Notes under the pieces: model-generated
Database searches by the model: none
Seen by the model: the letters and a program-made list of their open reading frames with translations, nothing else
Told to the model about the DNA's origin: nothing
In this document: piece after piece, positions 31,882-44,884 of the stretch
Layout: each line of letters opens with the position of its first letter
How positions within the stretch are numbered: the first letter of the stretch is position 1
Position numbers and translations under genes: made by a program
Origin: Actinomycetota bacterium
GTDB taxonomy: Bacteria > Actinomycetota > Coriobacteriia > Anaerosomatales > D1FN1-002
Direction: 5' to 3'
Assembly: GCA_037445995.1 (NCBI GenBank)
Contig: JBBIJK010000005.1
Location: 16,433 to 80,200 of the forward strand
DNA: 63,768 nt

Positions 31882-33795
31882 TCAGCAGCCCCGCTCGACG
31901 ACCATCTCAGCGAACTCGGCGACCCCCATGCCCCCGATGTCGCCACGGGCGCGGTCCCTCACCGACACCGTGAGCTCCTCGACCTCCTTGTCCCCGACGA
32001 CGAGCATGTAGGGGACCTTCTTGGCCTGCGCCTTGGCGATCTTGACGCGCATCGGCTCGTTGTCCGAGTAGACCTCGGCGCGCACGCCCTTGGTGGTGAG
32101 ATCGTCACGGACCGACCCGGCGTAGTCGACGTGACGGTCCGCGATCGGGACGATGACGGCCTGCACGGGCGCGAGCCAAGCCGGCAGCGCCCCCGCGTAG
32201 TGCTCGATGAGGATCCCGAGGAACCGCTCCATGGATCCAAGGATGGTCCTGTGGAGCATGTAGGGCCGCGCCTCGGTGTTGTGCGCGGTGCGATAGGAAA
32301 GGTCGAAGCGCGCAGGGAAGTTGAAGTCGACCTGGATCGTCGCACACTGCCAGGTGCGGCCGATCGCGTCGCGCAGCTTGATGTCGATCTTGGGCCCGTA
32401 GAAGGCTCCGTCCCCATGGTTGACCTCGAAAGGCAGACCGCGCGCCTCGAGTGTTGATATCAGTGATGCGGTGGCGTGGTCCCAGTCCGCGTCGTCGCCG
32501 ATGGATTTCTCGGGCCGGGTGGAGACCTCGGCGCTGTACTCGAAGCCGAACGCCCCCATCGCCCAGTCGACCAGGTCCAGCATCCGGTCGACCTCGCCGG
32601 GGACCTGCTCGGCCGTGCAGAAGATGTGGGCGTCGTCCTGGGTGAACCCGCGCGCGCGCATCAGCCCGTGCACGACACCGCTCATCTCGTGGCGGTACAC
32701 CGTGCCGAACTCGAAGATCCGCATGGGCAGGTCCCGGTAGGAGCGGACGTCGTTGGCGTAGATCATGACGTGGCCCGGGCAGTTCATCGGCTTGACGCCG
32801 TACTCGGCCACCCTGCCATCGCCCTCGTCCGTCTCGAAGAAGTACATGTTCTCGCGATAGAAGTCGTAGTGACCCGACGTCTTCCACACGTCCGACTTGT
32901 ACAGGTGGGGCGTTATGGCCTCCTCGTAGCCGCGCCGGTACAGCTCCTGCCTCATCCACTCCTGCAGGAGCCTGAGCACCCTGGCACCCTTGGGGTGGTA
33001 GACGACCAGCCCCGCGCCCGCCTGCTCGTGGAAGGAGAACAGGTCCAGCTCACGGCCGAGCTTGCGGTGGTCGCGGCGCTCCGCCTCCTCGACGCGCTCT
33101 ACATAGGCGGCGAGGTCGGCGTCGTTGAACCACGCGGTGCCGTAGATGCGCTGGAGCATGGGGCGCGACGAATCGCCGCGCCAGTAGGCTCCCGCCACCT
33201 TCAGGAGCTTGAACGCCCGGACGAAGGACGTGTCCGGGACGTGCGGGCCGCGGCACAGGTCCGTGAACGCGCCCTGCGAGTACACGCTTATGGTCGCATC
33301 GGCGTCGAGCTCGGCGACCAGCTCCTGCTTCAGCGGCTGCCCCTCGAAGACGTCGTCGGCCTCCGTCCGGTCGACCTCGCTGCGCTCGAAGGGGAGAGCC
33401 TCGGCGACGATCTGGCGCATGCGCTCCTCGATGGCCTCGAGGTCCTCGGGGGTAAACGGCCGGCCGACATCGAAGTCGTAGTAGAAGCCGTCCTCGATGG
33501 AGGGCCCTATCCCGAACGTCGCGGCCGGGAACAGCTGCTTGACCGCTTCCGCCATGACGTGGGCGGCGGAATGGCGAAGCACCTCGAGCGCCTCGGGGGA
33601 GCGGTCGGTCAGGACCTCGAGCCGCTCGCCGTCGTGAAGCGTCCGGCGAACGTCGGAGAGCTCCCCGTCGACCTTGGCGGCGACGGCCGCCTGACCGAGC
33701 CGGGCGCCTATGGCGCTCGCCGCGTCCCGGGCCGTGGAGCCCTCGGGGACGGACAGCCCGGTGCCGTCGGGCAGGATGACCGTGATCTCCGCCAC
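31882..33795 (-). CDS. thrS: Threonine--tRNA ligase
   Basis: 637 aa. TGS domain N-terminus (ITVILPDG), editing-domain HSAAHVMA motif, class II core and anticodon-binding domain. Confidence 0.95.
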   Translation of the reverse strand: MAEITVILPDGTGLSVPEGSTARDAASAIGARLGQAAVAAKVDGELSDVRRTLHDGERLEVLTDRSPEALEVLRHSAAHVMAEAVKQLFPAATFGIGPSIEDGFYYDFDVGRPFTPEDLEAIEERMRQIVAEALPFERSEVDRTEADDVFEGQPLKQELVAELDADATISVYSQGAFTDLCRGPHVPDTSFVRAFKLLKVAGAYWRGDSSRPMLQRIYGTAWFNDADLAAYVERVEEAERRDHRKLGRELDLFSFHEQAGAGLVVYHPKGARVLRLLQEWMRQELYRRGYEEAITPHLYKSDVWKTSGHYDFYRENMYFFETDEGDGRVAEYGVKPMNCPGHVMIYANDVRSYRDLPMRIFEFGTVYRHEMSGVVHGLMRARGFTQDDAHIFCTAEQVPGEVDRMLDLVDWAMGAFGFEYSAEVSTRPEKSIGDDADWDHATASLISTLEARGLPFEVNHGDGAFYGPKIDIKLRDAIGRTWQCATIQVDFNFPARFDLSYRTAHNTEARPYMLHRTILGSMERFLGILIEHYAGALPAWLAPVQAVIVPIADRHVDYAGSVRDDLTTKGVRAEVYSDNEPMRVKIAKAQAKKVPYMLVVGDKEVEELTVSVRDRARGDIGGMGVAEFAEMVVERGC

Positions 33796-33799
33796 CGCG

Positions 33800-34234
33800 C
33801 TACTGCTTCGTCTTGCAGTAGGGGCACACGCCCCACTCGAGCTTGAGGGCGCGACCGCACTCCGTGCACTGCTTGCGCAGCTTCTTGAGGCATGCGGGGC
33901 ATATGAGGAAATCGCGCTCGACCGGACGCAGGCACGAGGAGCAGGTCTCCATGTCGCGCTGAAGCGCTATCTCCTTGGCGCGGATCTCGAGGTCGCGCTC
34001 GCGCACGTCCGCGAGGAACTCTGGGGGCCGGACGACCATGTACACGGCCCAGCCGGCGATGTTGAAGAAGGCGACGACCAGCGCCCAGAACCAGGCCATG
34101 GCGCCGCGCTTGCTCGCGTCCCTCCAGGTCCAGAAGATCAGGGCGAGCGAGAACACCACGAAGAACAGCCAGCAAAGCTGGCTTACCAGTCTGAACTCCG
34201 GGCTCCGGAACAGCGGAGCGAGGATGTCTCCCAT
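33800..34234 (-). CDS. Small membrane protein with a C-terminal zinc-ribbon (two CxxC pairs)
   Basis: 144 aa. Two TM helices (PLD-nuclease-N-like WRDASKRG motif), then CSSC...CPAC...CTEC...CPYC. Confidence 0.65.
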   Translation of the reverse strand: MGDILAPLFRSPEFRLVSQLCWLFFVVFSLALIFWTWRDASKRGAMAWFWALVVAFFNIAGWAVYMVVRPPEFLADVRERDLEIRAKEIALQRDMETCSSCLRPVERDFLICPACLKKLRKQCTECGRALKLEWGVCPYCKTKQ

Positions 34235-34298
34235 CTCTCCCCTCTCGGGACTCGTGCCCGGCTGCGGACGGGCCGGTCAGGCGGCTGTAGGGATGATA

Positions 34299-35603
34299 TC
34301 AGAAGCCCTCACGGTCCCAGCCGGTCAGCCTCCGGACATCGGCCGCCATGGTCAGGCTCCCCGTGACGAGCACGCCCGCCTCGCCACCGAGTCCGGTCGC
34401 GCGGCCCAGCGCCGCCTCCAGGTCGGCGAACACCTCGGGGCGCTCTCCCGTCACCCCCTCAACGACGCCGGCGAGCCTCTCGGGTGACAGGGCGCGGTCG
34501 GAAGCGCTGCGCGAGCACACGAACGCGGCGGCCACGGGTGCCAACGCCATCACGATGCCTTCGGCGTCCTTGTCGTCGAGCACGCCCAGGAGGACCGTCG
34601 GCTTCGAACCGGGCCACGCGTCCGCGACCGCCCGGGCGAGCGTGGCCGCCCCCTGCGGGTTGTGGGCGCCGTCAACGACCAGCGGCGGGGCCTCGCGAAG
34701 CGTCTCGAAGCGCGCGGGGAACCGCATCGCCCCAAGAGCTGTCGCTGTGCTGTCTGGCGAAAGCGCGCGCCCGAGGAAGGCCTCGGCCGCGGCTATGGCG
34801 ACGGCCGCGTTGGGCGCCTGGTACGCGGGTCCCCTGACCCGGACGGTCACGTCGGTGCCGCGGTTCCCCTCGATCCGGACGAGCGTGCCGCCGCCGGGCC
34901 GTGACGGCCTGTCCAGAACCGCCCATCGCGCGTCCCCGCGATCCTCCCGGACCGTGACGACGGCGGCACCCACCTCGCTCGCCCTGCCGGCGAACACGGC
35001 TTGGGTCTCGATCGTGCCCGGCCCCAGCACGGCGGTGCCGCCCGGACGGATGATCGCCGCCTTCTCTCGCGCGATGTGCCAGACGGTCGGGCCGAGGTGC
35101 TCGGTGTGCTCCAGGCCGACCCCGGTGAGCACCGACACCAGCGGACGCGCGACGCTCGTGGCGTCCCAGCGCCCGCCCATCCCTACCTCCAGGACGGAGG
35201 CCTCGACCCCGGCGTCCCTGAGCAGGAGGAAGCCCGCCGCGGTGAGGATCTCGAACTGCGTGGCCCCCTCCGGGCCGGCCGCTTCGACCGCCGTCATGAC
35301 AGCGGCCGAGAACGCCTCAGCCCCGACCGGCACACCGTCCACGATCACACGCTCTGTGAGCGAGTGGAGGTGCGGGGACGTGTAGCAGCCGGTGCGAAGC
35401 CCGTGCGCCGCGAGCAGGGCCGCGGTCATCCTGGTCACGGAGGTCTTGCCGTTCGAGCCGGTGACCTGCACGGACGGCACCGCGTGCTGGGGGTCACCGA
35501 GCGCCTCGCACAGACGCTCCATCGCCTCGAGCGAAGGGTTGACACCGAACCTCGCGGCGCGCTCCAGCGCGGCGATCGCCTGCCCCAAGCCGCTTTCCGG
35601 CAC
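34299..35603 (-). CDS. folC: Folylpolyglutamate synthase / dihydrofolate synthase (Mur ligase family)
   Basis: 434 aa. P-loop [10 protein letters not shown] and Mur-ligase middle and C-terminal domains ([11 protein letters not shown]). Confidence 0.85.
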   Translation of the reverse strand: MPESGLGQAIAALERAARFGVNPSLEAMERLCEALGDPQHAVPSVQVTGSNGKTSVTRMTAALLAAHGLRTGCYTSPHLHSLTERVIVDGVPVGAEAFSAAVMTAVEAAGPEGATQFEILTAAGFLLLRDAGVEASVLEVGMGGRWDATSVARPLVSVLTGVGLEHTEHLGPTVWHIAREKAAIIRPGGTAVLGPGTIETQAVFAGRASEVGAAVVTVREDRGDARWAVLDRPSRPGGGTLVRIEGNRGTDVTVRVRGPAYQAPNAAVAIAAAEAFLGRALSPDSTATALGAMRFPARFETLREAPPLVVDGAHNPQGAATLARAVADAWPGSKPTVLLGVLDDKDAEGIVMALAPVAAAFVCSRSASDRALSPERLAGVVEGVTGERPEVFADLEAALGRATGLGGEAGVLVTGSLTMAADVRRLTGWDREGF

Positions 35604-35618
35604 GGGAGGGGTCCTCCG

Positions 35619-38290
35619 TCAGTCCGACAGCGAGGCGGCCTGCGCCTCGAGGGTGACGACGGCCCGTGCGAGCTCCGCGGCCTTGGCTCGGTCCTTCTCG
35701 ATCACCTCGGCCGCGGCCTTCGCGAGGTAGCCCTCGTTGGCGAGCTTGCGCTCGAGCCGCTCGAGGTCCTCGCGCGCGCGGCCCAGGTCACGGACGACGC
35801 GCTCGCGCTCGGCCGCGAAATCCACCAGGCCCTCGAGCGGCACGTAGAGCTCGAACGAGCCCGCGACACCGACGGCCGAGCATGCGGGTCGCACGGCGGC
35901 CGGGTCCACCGACAGCGAACCGACGCCAGCGAGCTCGTGAAGGTAGTGCGCCTGGGCCTCGACGAGCGCGGCGTCCGCACCGGCGGCCCTGACCACCAGG
36001 TCCACCCGAGCCTTGGGCGACAGGCCGTAGCGGGCACGGATCGCACGGACCTCCGTGACGAGCTCCTGGAGGACGCCGACCGATGCCTCGGCGGCGGGGT
36101 CCCGCATGTGCGCAAGACCTCGCGGCCACTCCGCGATCATGAGGGAGTCGGCGCGGTCCTCGGTGGGCAGCGGGAGGCGGCGCCATATCTCCTCGGTCAC
36201 GAAGGGCATCATGGGGTGCAGCAGCCGGAGCGCGCGGTCCAGCACGAACACCAGATTGCGCCTGGCGGCTGCGCCTGGCGGACCGCCCTCGGCCAGCCGA
36301 CCCTTCGCCAGCTCGATGTACCAGTCGCAGAACTCACTCCAGAAGAAGTCGTAAAGCGCCCTTGCCGCCTCCCCGAACTGGAAGGGCTCCGCACCCGCCT
36401 CCCTGGCGCGGTCGGCGTCCAGGCAGACGTCCACAGTCTGGGACAGATCGGCCAGCCGGGACAGTATCCACCTGTCCGCGACGGTGAGCGGCTCGGGCGG
36501 GCCGGGCTCGTAGTCCTCACGCAGGCTCATGAGCACGAACCTGCTCGCGTTCCAGACCTTGTTGGCGAAGTTCCGGCTGTGCGCCAGCTTCTCCTCCGCG
36601 AAGCGGATGTCCTGGCTCCCGGTGGTCTGCAGCATCAGCCCGAACCGCATCCCGTCGGCCCCGTAGTGCTCCATCAGGTCGAGCGGGTCCACGCCCGTGC
36701 CCAGCGACTTGCTCATCCGCTTGCCCGCGGCGTTGAACACGGTGGGGTGGATGATGACCTCGGCGTACGGGATGTCGCCGGCGAACTTCAGCCCCTGCAT
36801 GATCATGCGGGCCACCCACAGGAACAGGATGTCGCGCGCCGTGGACAGCACGGTCGTGGGATAGAAGTAGTCGAGCTCGGGTGTCTTCTCGGGCCAGCCC
36901 AGCGTCGCGAAGGGCCACAGGGCCGACGAGAACCACGTGTCGAGGACATCGGGATCCTGCCGCACCGGGCCGCCGCACGCGGGACACGCCGCCAGGTCCT
37001 CCATCGACGCGGCCATCTCGCCGCAGGAGTCGCAGTAGAACACCGGTATCTGATGACCCCACCACAGCTGGCGGGAGACACACCAGTCGCGGATGTTCTC
37101 CATCCAGTGGTAGTAGACGCCCGTCCAGCGAGCCGGATGGAACCGCACACGGCCGTCCCTCGCGCACTCGATCGCGGGGGCCGCGAGGGGCTTCATGTCG
37201 ACGAACCACTGGTCCGACAGCCAGGGCTCCACCACCGTGTGGCACCTGTAGCAGTGGCCGACGGAGTGGACGTGGTCGTCGACCGAGACGAGGAGCCCCT
37301 GCTCCTCGAGGTCCGCCACGATGCGCTTGCGCGCCTCGTACCGGTCGAGACCCTCGTAGGCCCCTCCCTCCGCCGTGACGCGAGCGTCGGCGGTCAGGAC
37401 GTTGACCTTCTCGCAGCCGTGGCGCTCACCGATCTCGAAGTCGTTGGGATCGTGCGCCGGGGTGACCTTGACCGCGCCGGTCCCGAAGGAAGGATCGACG
37501 TGCTCGTCCGCGACCACCGGGATGCGGCGGCCGACGAGGGGCAGGACCACCGTGGCGCCGATCAGCGCGCGGTACCGCGCGTCGTCGGGGTGCACCGCCA
37601 CGCACGTGTCGCCCAGCATGGTCTCGGGCCTGGTGGTCGCAACCACCAGGTGATCGACGTCGCCAGCGGGGTCGGCAAGCGGGTAACGGATGCGCCAGAG
37701 CCGGCCTTCGAGCTCCTCGTGTTCGATCTCGATGTCCGAGAGGGCCGTCGTGCAGCGCGGACACCAGTTGATGATGCGCTCACCACGGTAGATGAGGCCC
37801 TGCTCGAAGAGGTCCACGAACACCTTGCGGACCGCCTTCTGGTACGAGGGGTCCATCGTGAACCACTCGTCCTCGAAATCGCACGAGCAGCCCATCTGCT
37901 TGAGCTGCGAGATGATGATGGAGCCGTGCTCGCGTCGCCACTCCCAGCACGCCTCGACGAACGCCTCACGGCCGATCTCGTGGCGGTCACGGCCCTCCGC
38001 GGCCAGCTTCTGCTCGACCTTGTTCTGCGTCGCGATCCCGGCATGGTCGGTCCCGACCACCCAGCGCGTCGGACGCCCGGTCATGCGCGCCCGGCGCACC
38101 AGCACGTCCTGGATCGTGTTGTTGAGCGCGTGCCCCATGTGGAGCGAGCCGGTGACGTTTGGCGGCGGGATGACGACCGTGAAGGGCGGGCGTCCTTCGA
38201 GCACGGGCTGTCCGTACCATCCGCCGGCGAGCCAGGATTCCAGTATCGGGCCCTCGACCTCGCGAGGATCGTAAGCGGCGGGCGGCAAGC

Positions 38291-38294
<4 letters not shown>
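35619..38294 (-). CDS. valS: Valine--tRNA ligase
   Basis: 891 aa. HIGH motif ([12 protein letters not shown]), KMSKS motif (GKRMSKSLG) and a C-terminal coiled coil. ATG overlaps the clpX stop. Confidence 0.95.
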
Positions 38295-39553
<1,259 letters not shown>

Positions 39554-39565
39554 GTCTGGACACCC

Positions 39566-40174
39566 CTAGTCCTTGGCCCGGTGCTCGAAGACGTTGTCGA
39601 CCAGCCCGTAGGTCCTGGCGTCCTCGGCCGTCATGATGTTGTCGCGCTCGGTGTCGGCGTGGATCTTCTCGGGCGACTGACCGGTGTGCCTCGCGAGGAT
39701 GCGGTCCAGCGACTCGCGCATGCGAAGCATCTCGCGTGCCTGGATCTCGATGTCGGTGACCTGACCCTGCGCCCCTCCCCACGGCTGGTGGATGAGGATG
39801 CGGCTGTTGGGGAGCGCCGAACGCTTCCCGGCGGCGCCCGCCGCCAGAAGAACGGCGGCCATGCTGGCGCACTGGCCGATGCAGATGGTCGCCACGTCGC
39901 AGCGGATGTACTGCATCGTGTCGTAGATGGCCAGCCCGGCGCTGACCGAACCGCCCGGGGAGTTGATGTAAAGGTTGATGTCCTTGTCGGGGTCCTCGCT
40001 TTCCAGGTGGAGCAGTTGCGCGATGACGAGGTTGGCGCTCAGGTCGTCTATGTCGCGCCCGAGGAAGATCACGCGATCGTTGAGCAGTCGCGAGTAGATG
40101 TCGAAGTGGCGCTCGCCCCTGCTGGTCTGCTCGACCACCATGGGCACGAGGTCCGCTCTCAGGTCTGGAAGCAT
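39566..40174 (-). CDS. clpP: ATP-dependent Clp protease proteolytic subunit
   Basis: 202 aa. Contains [14 protein letters not shown] (catalytic Ser) and IHQPWGG (His). Confidence 0.95.
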   Translation of the reverse strand: MLPDLRADLVPMVVEQTSRGERHFDIYSRLLNDRVIFLGRDIDDLSANLVIAQLLHLESEDPDKDINLYINSPGGSVSAGLAIYDTMQYIRCDVATICIGQCASMAAVLLAAGAAGKRSALPNSRILIHQPWGGAQGQVTDIEIQAREMLRMRESLDRILARHTGQSPEKIHADTERDNIMTAEDARTYGLVDNVFEHRAKD

Positions 40175-40200
40175 GTCGTCTCCTTCTCGCAGGCGGGCCG

Positions 40201-41538
40201 CTACTCGCCCGCGTCCTTTGCCGCAGGGCCGTCATCGGACGGCTCAGCCTCGGTGACCACGACGTTCTCGACAAGCCACGCCATCGACTTGCGATGCACT
40301 ATCTGCTCGCGGATCAGCGGTATCATGCCCGCGCCGCGGAAGCGCTCCTTCATGCGCTCGGCGGCGCCCGCCTCCGACCCGGCCATCTCGGCGATCTCGG
40401 CGTCGACCTCGTCCTCGTCAACCTCCAGGCCCGCGGCGCGCGCAAGAGCCTCCAGCGCCAGTTCCTCGCGGAGCACGGATTCGGCGCGAAGCGCGATGTC
40501 GGCGTCGATCCGCTCGCGATCGATGCCGGTGGCCGCGGAGTAGTCCTCTACCGTGACCCCGCGCTGCTGCAGGGCGCCGAAGAACTCCTCGGACAGCTGC
40601 TCGGAGCGATGCTCGATCATGGCGGCGGGAACGTCACCCTCGGCGCGCTCCGCCAGCGCCTTGCGCGCGGCGCGCTCCACCTCCTGCTTGTGCGCGACGC
40701 CCTTCGCCTCCTCAAGCCTGCGACGGACGTCCTCGCGGAACTCGTCGAACGTCTCGTACCCGCCGACCTCGGCCGCGAAGGCGTCGTCGAGCTCGGGGAG
40801 GACCTTCGCCTTGACCTCGTGGACCTCGATGTCGAAGGTCGCGGTCTTGCCGACGAAGTCGGGGTTGGCCGAGGTGTCCGGGATCAGGAACTCCGAGCGC
40901 GCCGTGCCGCCCGCCGTCACACCCCACAGGGCCGCATCGAACTCGGCCGGCATCATCCCGCGACCGGTCTCGTAGAGGTACTTGTCCACCGTGTTGCCCG
41001 GGTAGTCGTCGCCGTCGACCTTGCCGACGAAGGAGACCAGGACGAAGTCCCCCTCCCGCGCGCCGCGGTCGACGGGCTCCAGGCTCGCGAAGCGCTCGCG
41101 GGTGTGGCCTATCTGAGCGTCGATCTCGCGATCCGAAGCCTTGGTCGGCGGCACCGTCACCGCGAGCCCCTCCGTGCTCGCGAGCTTGAACTCCGGGCGC
41201 AGCTCGACCGTCGCTTTGAAGGTGAACTCCTCGCCGTCCACGAGTTCGGCAAGATCGCCGATCTCGGGCGGACCGATGGGACGGAGCCTCTCGGCGTCCA
41301 GGGCCAGCGGATACGAGTCCTCGACGATGGTCTCGCGGGCGTCGGAGAGCACGGCGTCCCGCCCGACGCGGCTGTCGATCAGCTGCCGCGGGGCCTTCCC
41401 GCTGCGAAAGCCCGGGATCCGGATGCGGCTGGCCACGGCCGAGTAGGCCTCGGACAGCGTAAGGGCCACGCTATCGGCCGGCACCGTCACGGTCAGTTCT
41501 ACCCTGTCGCTATCGAGACGCTTGACACTGGTCTGCAA
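40201..41538 (-). CDS. tig: Trigger factor
   Basis: 445 aa with a TTG start preceded by AGGAGG. N-terminal ribosome-binding motif [13 protein letters not shown]-like middle and C-terminal arm domain. Confidence 0.9.
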   Translation of the reverse strand: MQTSVKRLDSDRVELTVTVPADSVALTLSEAYSAVASRIRIPGFRSGKAPRQLIDSRVGRDAVLSDARETIVEDSYPLALDAERLRPIGPPEIGDLAELVDGEEFTFKATVELRPEFKLASTEGLAVTVPPTKASDREIDAQIGHTRERFASLEPVDRGAREGDFVLVSFVGKVDGDDYPGNTVDKYLYETGRGMMPAEFDAALWGVTAGGTARSEFLIPDTSANPDFVGKTATFDIEVHEVKAKVLPELDDAFAAEVGGYETFDEFREDVRRRLEEAKGVAHKQEVERAARKALAERAEGDVPAAMIEHRSEQLSEEFFGALQQRGVTVEDYSAATGIDRERIDADIALRAESVLREELALEALARAAGLEVDEDEVDAEIAEMAGSEAGAAERMKERFRGAGMIPLIREQIVHRKSMAWLVENVVVTEAEPSDDGPAAKDAGE

Positions 41539-41608
41539 GGATCCTCCTAGGATGGGGGGCGATGGAGCAGCCTGAAGGCCGGTCCGACGCCCTGCCGGGG
41601 ACGACGTC

Positions 41609-41692
41609 TGGTGCGGGCGAGAGGAGTCGAACCTCCACGAGTCGCCTCACCGGGACCTAAACCCGGCGCGTCTGCCGTTCCGCCACGCCCGC
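41609..41692 (-). tRNA. tRNA-Leu (anticodon TAG), CCA encoded
   Basis: The reverse strand gcgggcgtggcggaacggcagacgcgccgggtTTAGGtcccggtgaggcgactcgtggaggttcgactcctctcgcccgcacca folds as a cloverleaf with a long variable arm. Anticodon loop is uuUAGgu. Confidence 0.9.
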
Positions 41693-41722
41693 GTACGGAG
41701 CCGACACACAACTATACACAAA

Positions 41723-41749
41723 GGCCAGCCGCCAAGCAGGCGGTCGGCC
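41723..41749 (-). terminator. Hairpin downstream of the mrp-like operon
   Basis: GGCCaGCCGCC-aagca-GGCGGtCGGCC. On the minus strand it is followed by CUUUGUGUAUAGUUGUGUGU (U-rich). Confidence 0.45.
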
Positions 41750-41760
41750 CTAGATGTCCA

Positions 41761-41822
41761 TGGGGGGCCGCGTAGGGATCAAACCTGTGCCTTTGGGTCG
41801 GTGAACAGGTCACGGCCGCTCC
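41761..41822 (-). other. tRNA-Lys-like remnant (3' half, degenerate)
   Basis: Reverse strand cccaaaggcacaggtttgatccctacgcggcccccca versus the tRNA-Lys 3' part cccaaggtcataggttcgatccctatacggcccacca: about 31 of 38 aligned positions match by eye. The match includes acceptor-stem bases not shared with tRNA-Leu. Too short, and it lacks a D arm and anticodon arm. Confidence 0.5.
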
Positions 41823-43388
41823 CTAGGTCGCGAGAACGACGAGCACTGTGGCGAGCACCACGAACATGCCCGCGGCGACCGACCAGACGGTGAGTGCTCC
41901 GTCCGCGCGCACGAGCCATCGCGTGACGGCGTCCCGGGCCTCGTCCTGTCGGGCAGACCCCCCAGTGGCCGCAGGCGCGCTCGGCGCCGGGCGGCGGCGC
42001 AAGAGCGCCCTGCCGGCGAGGGTCCACGCATCTCCGGGCAGCACGACGCCGAGGAGATCGCGATCCGCGGACCGGGCGACGAGCATCGCGACCGCGCCGA
42101 GGGCAACGGCGGCAAGCGCCGGCCACGTCGCCGCCCATAGGGACGCGGGAGCTGTCAGCGACTTCGCCGCGGAAGCGACCCAGTCGGCTGGCCACGCCCA
42201 GACCGCACCGGCGACGAACGCGATCAGGCCCGCGTAGACCGCGCGCGGCCCAGGGCGGTGCCCGTCCCCGCCCGCCGGCTGGCCCGCGGCCAGCGCGAAG
42301 AAGCGGAGCATCAGGAGCGCGGTCCCGACGGCAGCCCACGGCAGGAGCGCTTCCGCCAGATGGGCGGATTCGGTCGAGACCGCGTGGACCGCGTCTTTGA
42401 GCGCGTACTTGGCCGCGAAGCCGCTCGTGAACGGAAGGCCCACGAGCGCGGCCGCCGGCAGGGCGGCGAGCGCCAGCATCGCGCCGCGCGATCGTCCCGC
42501 CGAGCCTCTTGCCACGTCCTCGCCGATGAAAAGCGTCGCCTTCGCGAGGCCGTGATGCAGCGAGTAGGCGACCGCCGCGGCTACCGCAGCGGCCCCGGCG
42601 GCGGGGTCTGCAAGGCCTACTCCCACTCCGATCAGCACGAGCCCCATCTGGCTCGCGCTGGAGTAACCGAGCACTGCGCGGGGCGTCGTCGTAAGCACAC
42701 CCAGCGCCACGGCGACGAACGCCGACGCCACACCGATGCCCACGACGACGGACGACCAGCCGGGCTCGCTCGCCTGCCCCAAGGGGAGCAGCCGTAGAAG
42801 CCCGAGGACACCGACCTTGGCCGCCGCGCCCGCAAGCGCCGCCGCGGCTCCAGCGGGTGCGTGCCCGTACGTGAGCGGCAGCACCCCGCTCGCGCCGACC
42901 ACGCCGAGCTTGAGGCCGAACGCGCCGATGGTCAGGGCGAATGCGAGGTCGCCGTAGGGCGATGTCAGCATGGCGTCTCGCAACGCCGGAAGCGCGATGC
43001 TCTCGGCCTCGGCGGCAGTGAGCGCCAGGGCCGCGAGCAGGAGCGCCTCACCGACGACTGTCGCCACGAGGTAGAGCCGCCCCGCCAGTCGTCCCTGAGC
43101 GTCGCCGGACCACGCGACGAGCCCCCAGCTCGGCAGCGCCATGAGCGCGAAGCACAAGTAGAAGGAGATCGCGTCGGCCGCGAAGGCCACGAGGATGCCG
43201 CCGGCCGCCGCCGGGGCGTAGTAGGAGAGGAACCTCGAGCGTTCCCGGGCCGGCACCGTCATCCAGGCATACACCGCCGACAGAAGCCAGATGACGGCGA
43301 AGAGCAGGCCGTACACGGTCGCAAGCTCGTCGACCGTGTAGGCGGTTCCGCCCGGCACGAGCGTCATCCAGTCGATCACGGCGTCCAC
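41823..43388 (-). CDS. Mrp/Mnh subunit D-like proton-conducting membrane protein (NuoM/N type), copy 3, divergent
   Basis: 521-aa polytopic ORF with the glycine/alanine-rich TM pattern of the antiporter-like family (HGLAKATLF, ASQMGLVLIGVG). Has an extra C-terminal TM. Confidence 0.7.
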   Translation of the reverse strand: MDAVIDWMTLVPGGTAYTVDELATVYGLLFAVIWLLSAVYAWMTVPARERSRFLSYYAPAAAGGILVAFAADAISFYLCFALMALPSWGLVAWSGDAQGRLAGRLYLVATVVGEALLLAALALTAAEAESIALPALRDAMLTSPYGDLAFALTIGAFGLKLGVVGASGVLPLTYGHAPAGAAAALAGAAAKVGVLGLLRLLPLGQASEPGWSSVVVGIGVASAFVAVALGVLTTTPRAVLGYSSASQMGLVLIGVGVGLADPAAGAAAVAAAVAYSLHHGLAKATLFIGEDVARGSAGRSRGAMLALAALPAAALVGLPFTSGFAAKYALKDAVHAVSTESAHLAEALLPWAAVGTALLMLRFFALAAGQPAGGDGHRPGPRAVYAGLIAFVAGAVWAWPADWVASAAKSLTAPASLWAATWPALAAVALGAVAMLVARSADRDLLGVVLPGDAWTLAGRALLRRRPAPSAPAATGGSARQDEARDAVTRWLVRADGALTVWSVAAGMFVVLATVLVVLAT

Positions 43389-44884
43389 CCCACGAACGAG
43401 GGGGCCAGTGCGCGGGCCGCCCAGTCGAGGGGGCTACCGGGAACCCCGGCGAGCAGACCCATCGCGAGCGCCAGAAGCGCGACGGTGACGATGGGCCACA
43501 ACATGCGCGGATCGCTCTCTGGCCGACGGCGAGCGGCGTCGTGTGCCTCGTCGGCGGAGCGATCGCCGAACGCGTCCGCGTCGCCTCGCCGCGCGGCTCG
43601 GATCAGTATCGGCGCGAGGTATCCCACGGCCAGCGCCCCGCTCGTCACGAAGAGGATGACGGCCCAGATCTCGCCGGCCTGCGCCGCTCCGACGCCGAGC
43701 GGGAACTTGCTGAAGAACCCGGCGACCGGCGGCAGTCCCGCAAGGCCGAACGAGGCGATCGCGAACGACCACATCGTGAGCGGCATCACCCGGCCGATGC
43801 CGTCGAGGCGACTGACCGATTTGATGTGATGAGTCTCGGCGAGACTGCCGGCGGTGAAGAACATGGTGATCTTCATCGCCGCGTGATGCGCGAGATGCGC
43901 GAGCGCGCCGATCGCCGCGAGCGGCGAGCACAGAGCCGTGCCGAGCGTGATGTACGAGAGTTGCGCCACCGTCGAATAGGCGAGCCTCTTCTTGATGTCG
44001 TCTTGCCGCAGCGCGACGATCGAACCGAACAGGATAGTCGCGGCGGCCAGTATGGCCAGCGGCTGCGCGACGCCGATCGACCGTGCCAACTCGGGGCCGT
44101 AAACCTCGTTCACGAGTCGCACGATGCCGAACACGCCCGCCTTCACGACCGCGACCGCGTGCAGGAGCGCGCTCACCGGGGCGGGCGCGACCATCGCGCC
44201 CGGCAGCCACCCATGCAGCGGCACGAGCGCGGCCTTCACCCCGAAACCGATCACCAGCAGCGCGAATATCGCACGCAGCTCGCCGACGTGGTCAGCGACG
44301 GAAGCAAGCGCGCCACCTGGGACGAACGCCAGTGAGCCGGAGAGCACGTGCAGCCAGACCAGCCCCACGAGCAATGCCGCACCGCCGCCGAGCGCGTAGT
44401 ACAGGTACCGGCGGCCCGCCGCCAGGGCCTTCGCCGTACCCGAATGGACCACCAGCGGATACGTCGCGAGCGACAGGACCTCGTAGAAGACGAACAGCGT
44501 CAGCAGGTCGTTCGAGAGCGCGATGCCGTTGGCACTCGCGATACATAGAGCGAAGAAGCCAAAGAAGCGCGCCCTGTCCTCGGCATGAGACATGTAGCCG
44601 AACGCGTACACGAGCGTGACGCCCCAGAGCACCGTCGCCACCGTCGCGTACAACAGGCCGAGCAGGTCCGACGAGAGGCCGACCGCGAGTCCCGGCAGCG
44701 TCTCGATCTCCCAAGTGTGGACGCGCCCCGCGTATGCGTCGACCGCGAGCCGGATGACGACGACAGCTGAGATCAGCGCGCCCCCGAAGTTCACCGCGAC
44801 GCGCAGCCGACCGCGCTCCTCGCCTGCCACGAACGTGACGAGACTGACGACGGCAGGCAGCAGGACGGGCAGCCACGGGCTCAC
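43376..44884 (-). CDS. mrpD: Mrp/Mnh subunit D-like proton-conducting membrane protein, copy 2
   Basis: ORF 43376..44995. Likely GTG start at 44884 (GTGA overlap with the upstream stop). Motifs LFVFYEVLSLATYPLV, LHGWLPGAM, AYSTVAQLSYI and HHAAMKITMFF. Confidence 0.8.
   Translation of the reverse strand: MSPWLPVLLPAVVSLVTFVAGEERGRLRVAVNFGGALISAVVVIRLAVDAYAGRVHTWEIETLPGLAVGLSSDLLGLLYATVATVLWGVTLVYAFGYMSHAEDRARFFGFFALCIASANGIALSNDLLTLFVFYEVLSLATYPLVVHSGTAKALAAGRRYLYYALGGGAALLVGLVWLHVLSGSLAFVPGGALASVADHVGELRAIFALLVIGFGVKAALVPLHGWLPGAMVAPAPVSALLHAVAVVKAGVFGIVRLVNEVYGPELARSIGVAQPLAILAAATILFGSIVALRQDDIKKRLAYSTVAQLSYITLGTALCSPLAAIGALAHLAHHAAMKITMFFTAGSLAETHHIKSVSRLDGIGRVMPLTMWSFAIASFGLAGLPPVAGFFSKFPLGVGAAQAGEIWAVILFVTSGALAVGYLAPILIRAARRGDADAFGDRSADEAHDAARRRPESDPRMLWPIVTVALLALAMGLLAGVPGSPLDWAARALAPSFVGWTP

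Noticed and set aside
41761-41822. A possible third functional tRNA gene.
   Set aside because: Only about 60 nt are available between the mrpD-like stop and the hairpin. The T-loop reads TTTGAT instead of TTCGAT/TTCAAT, and no D arm or anticodon arm can be drawn. I kept it only as a tRNA-Lys-like remnant.
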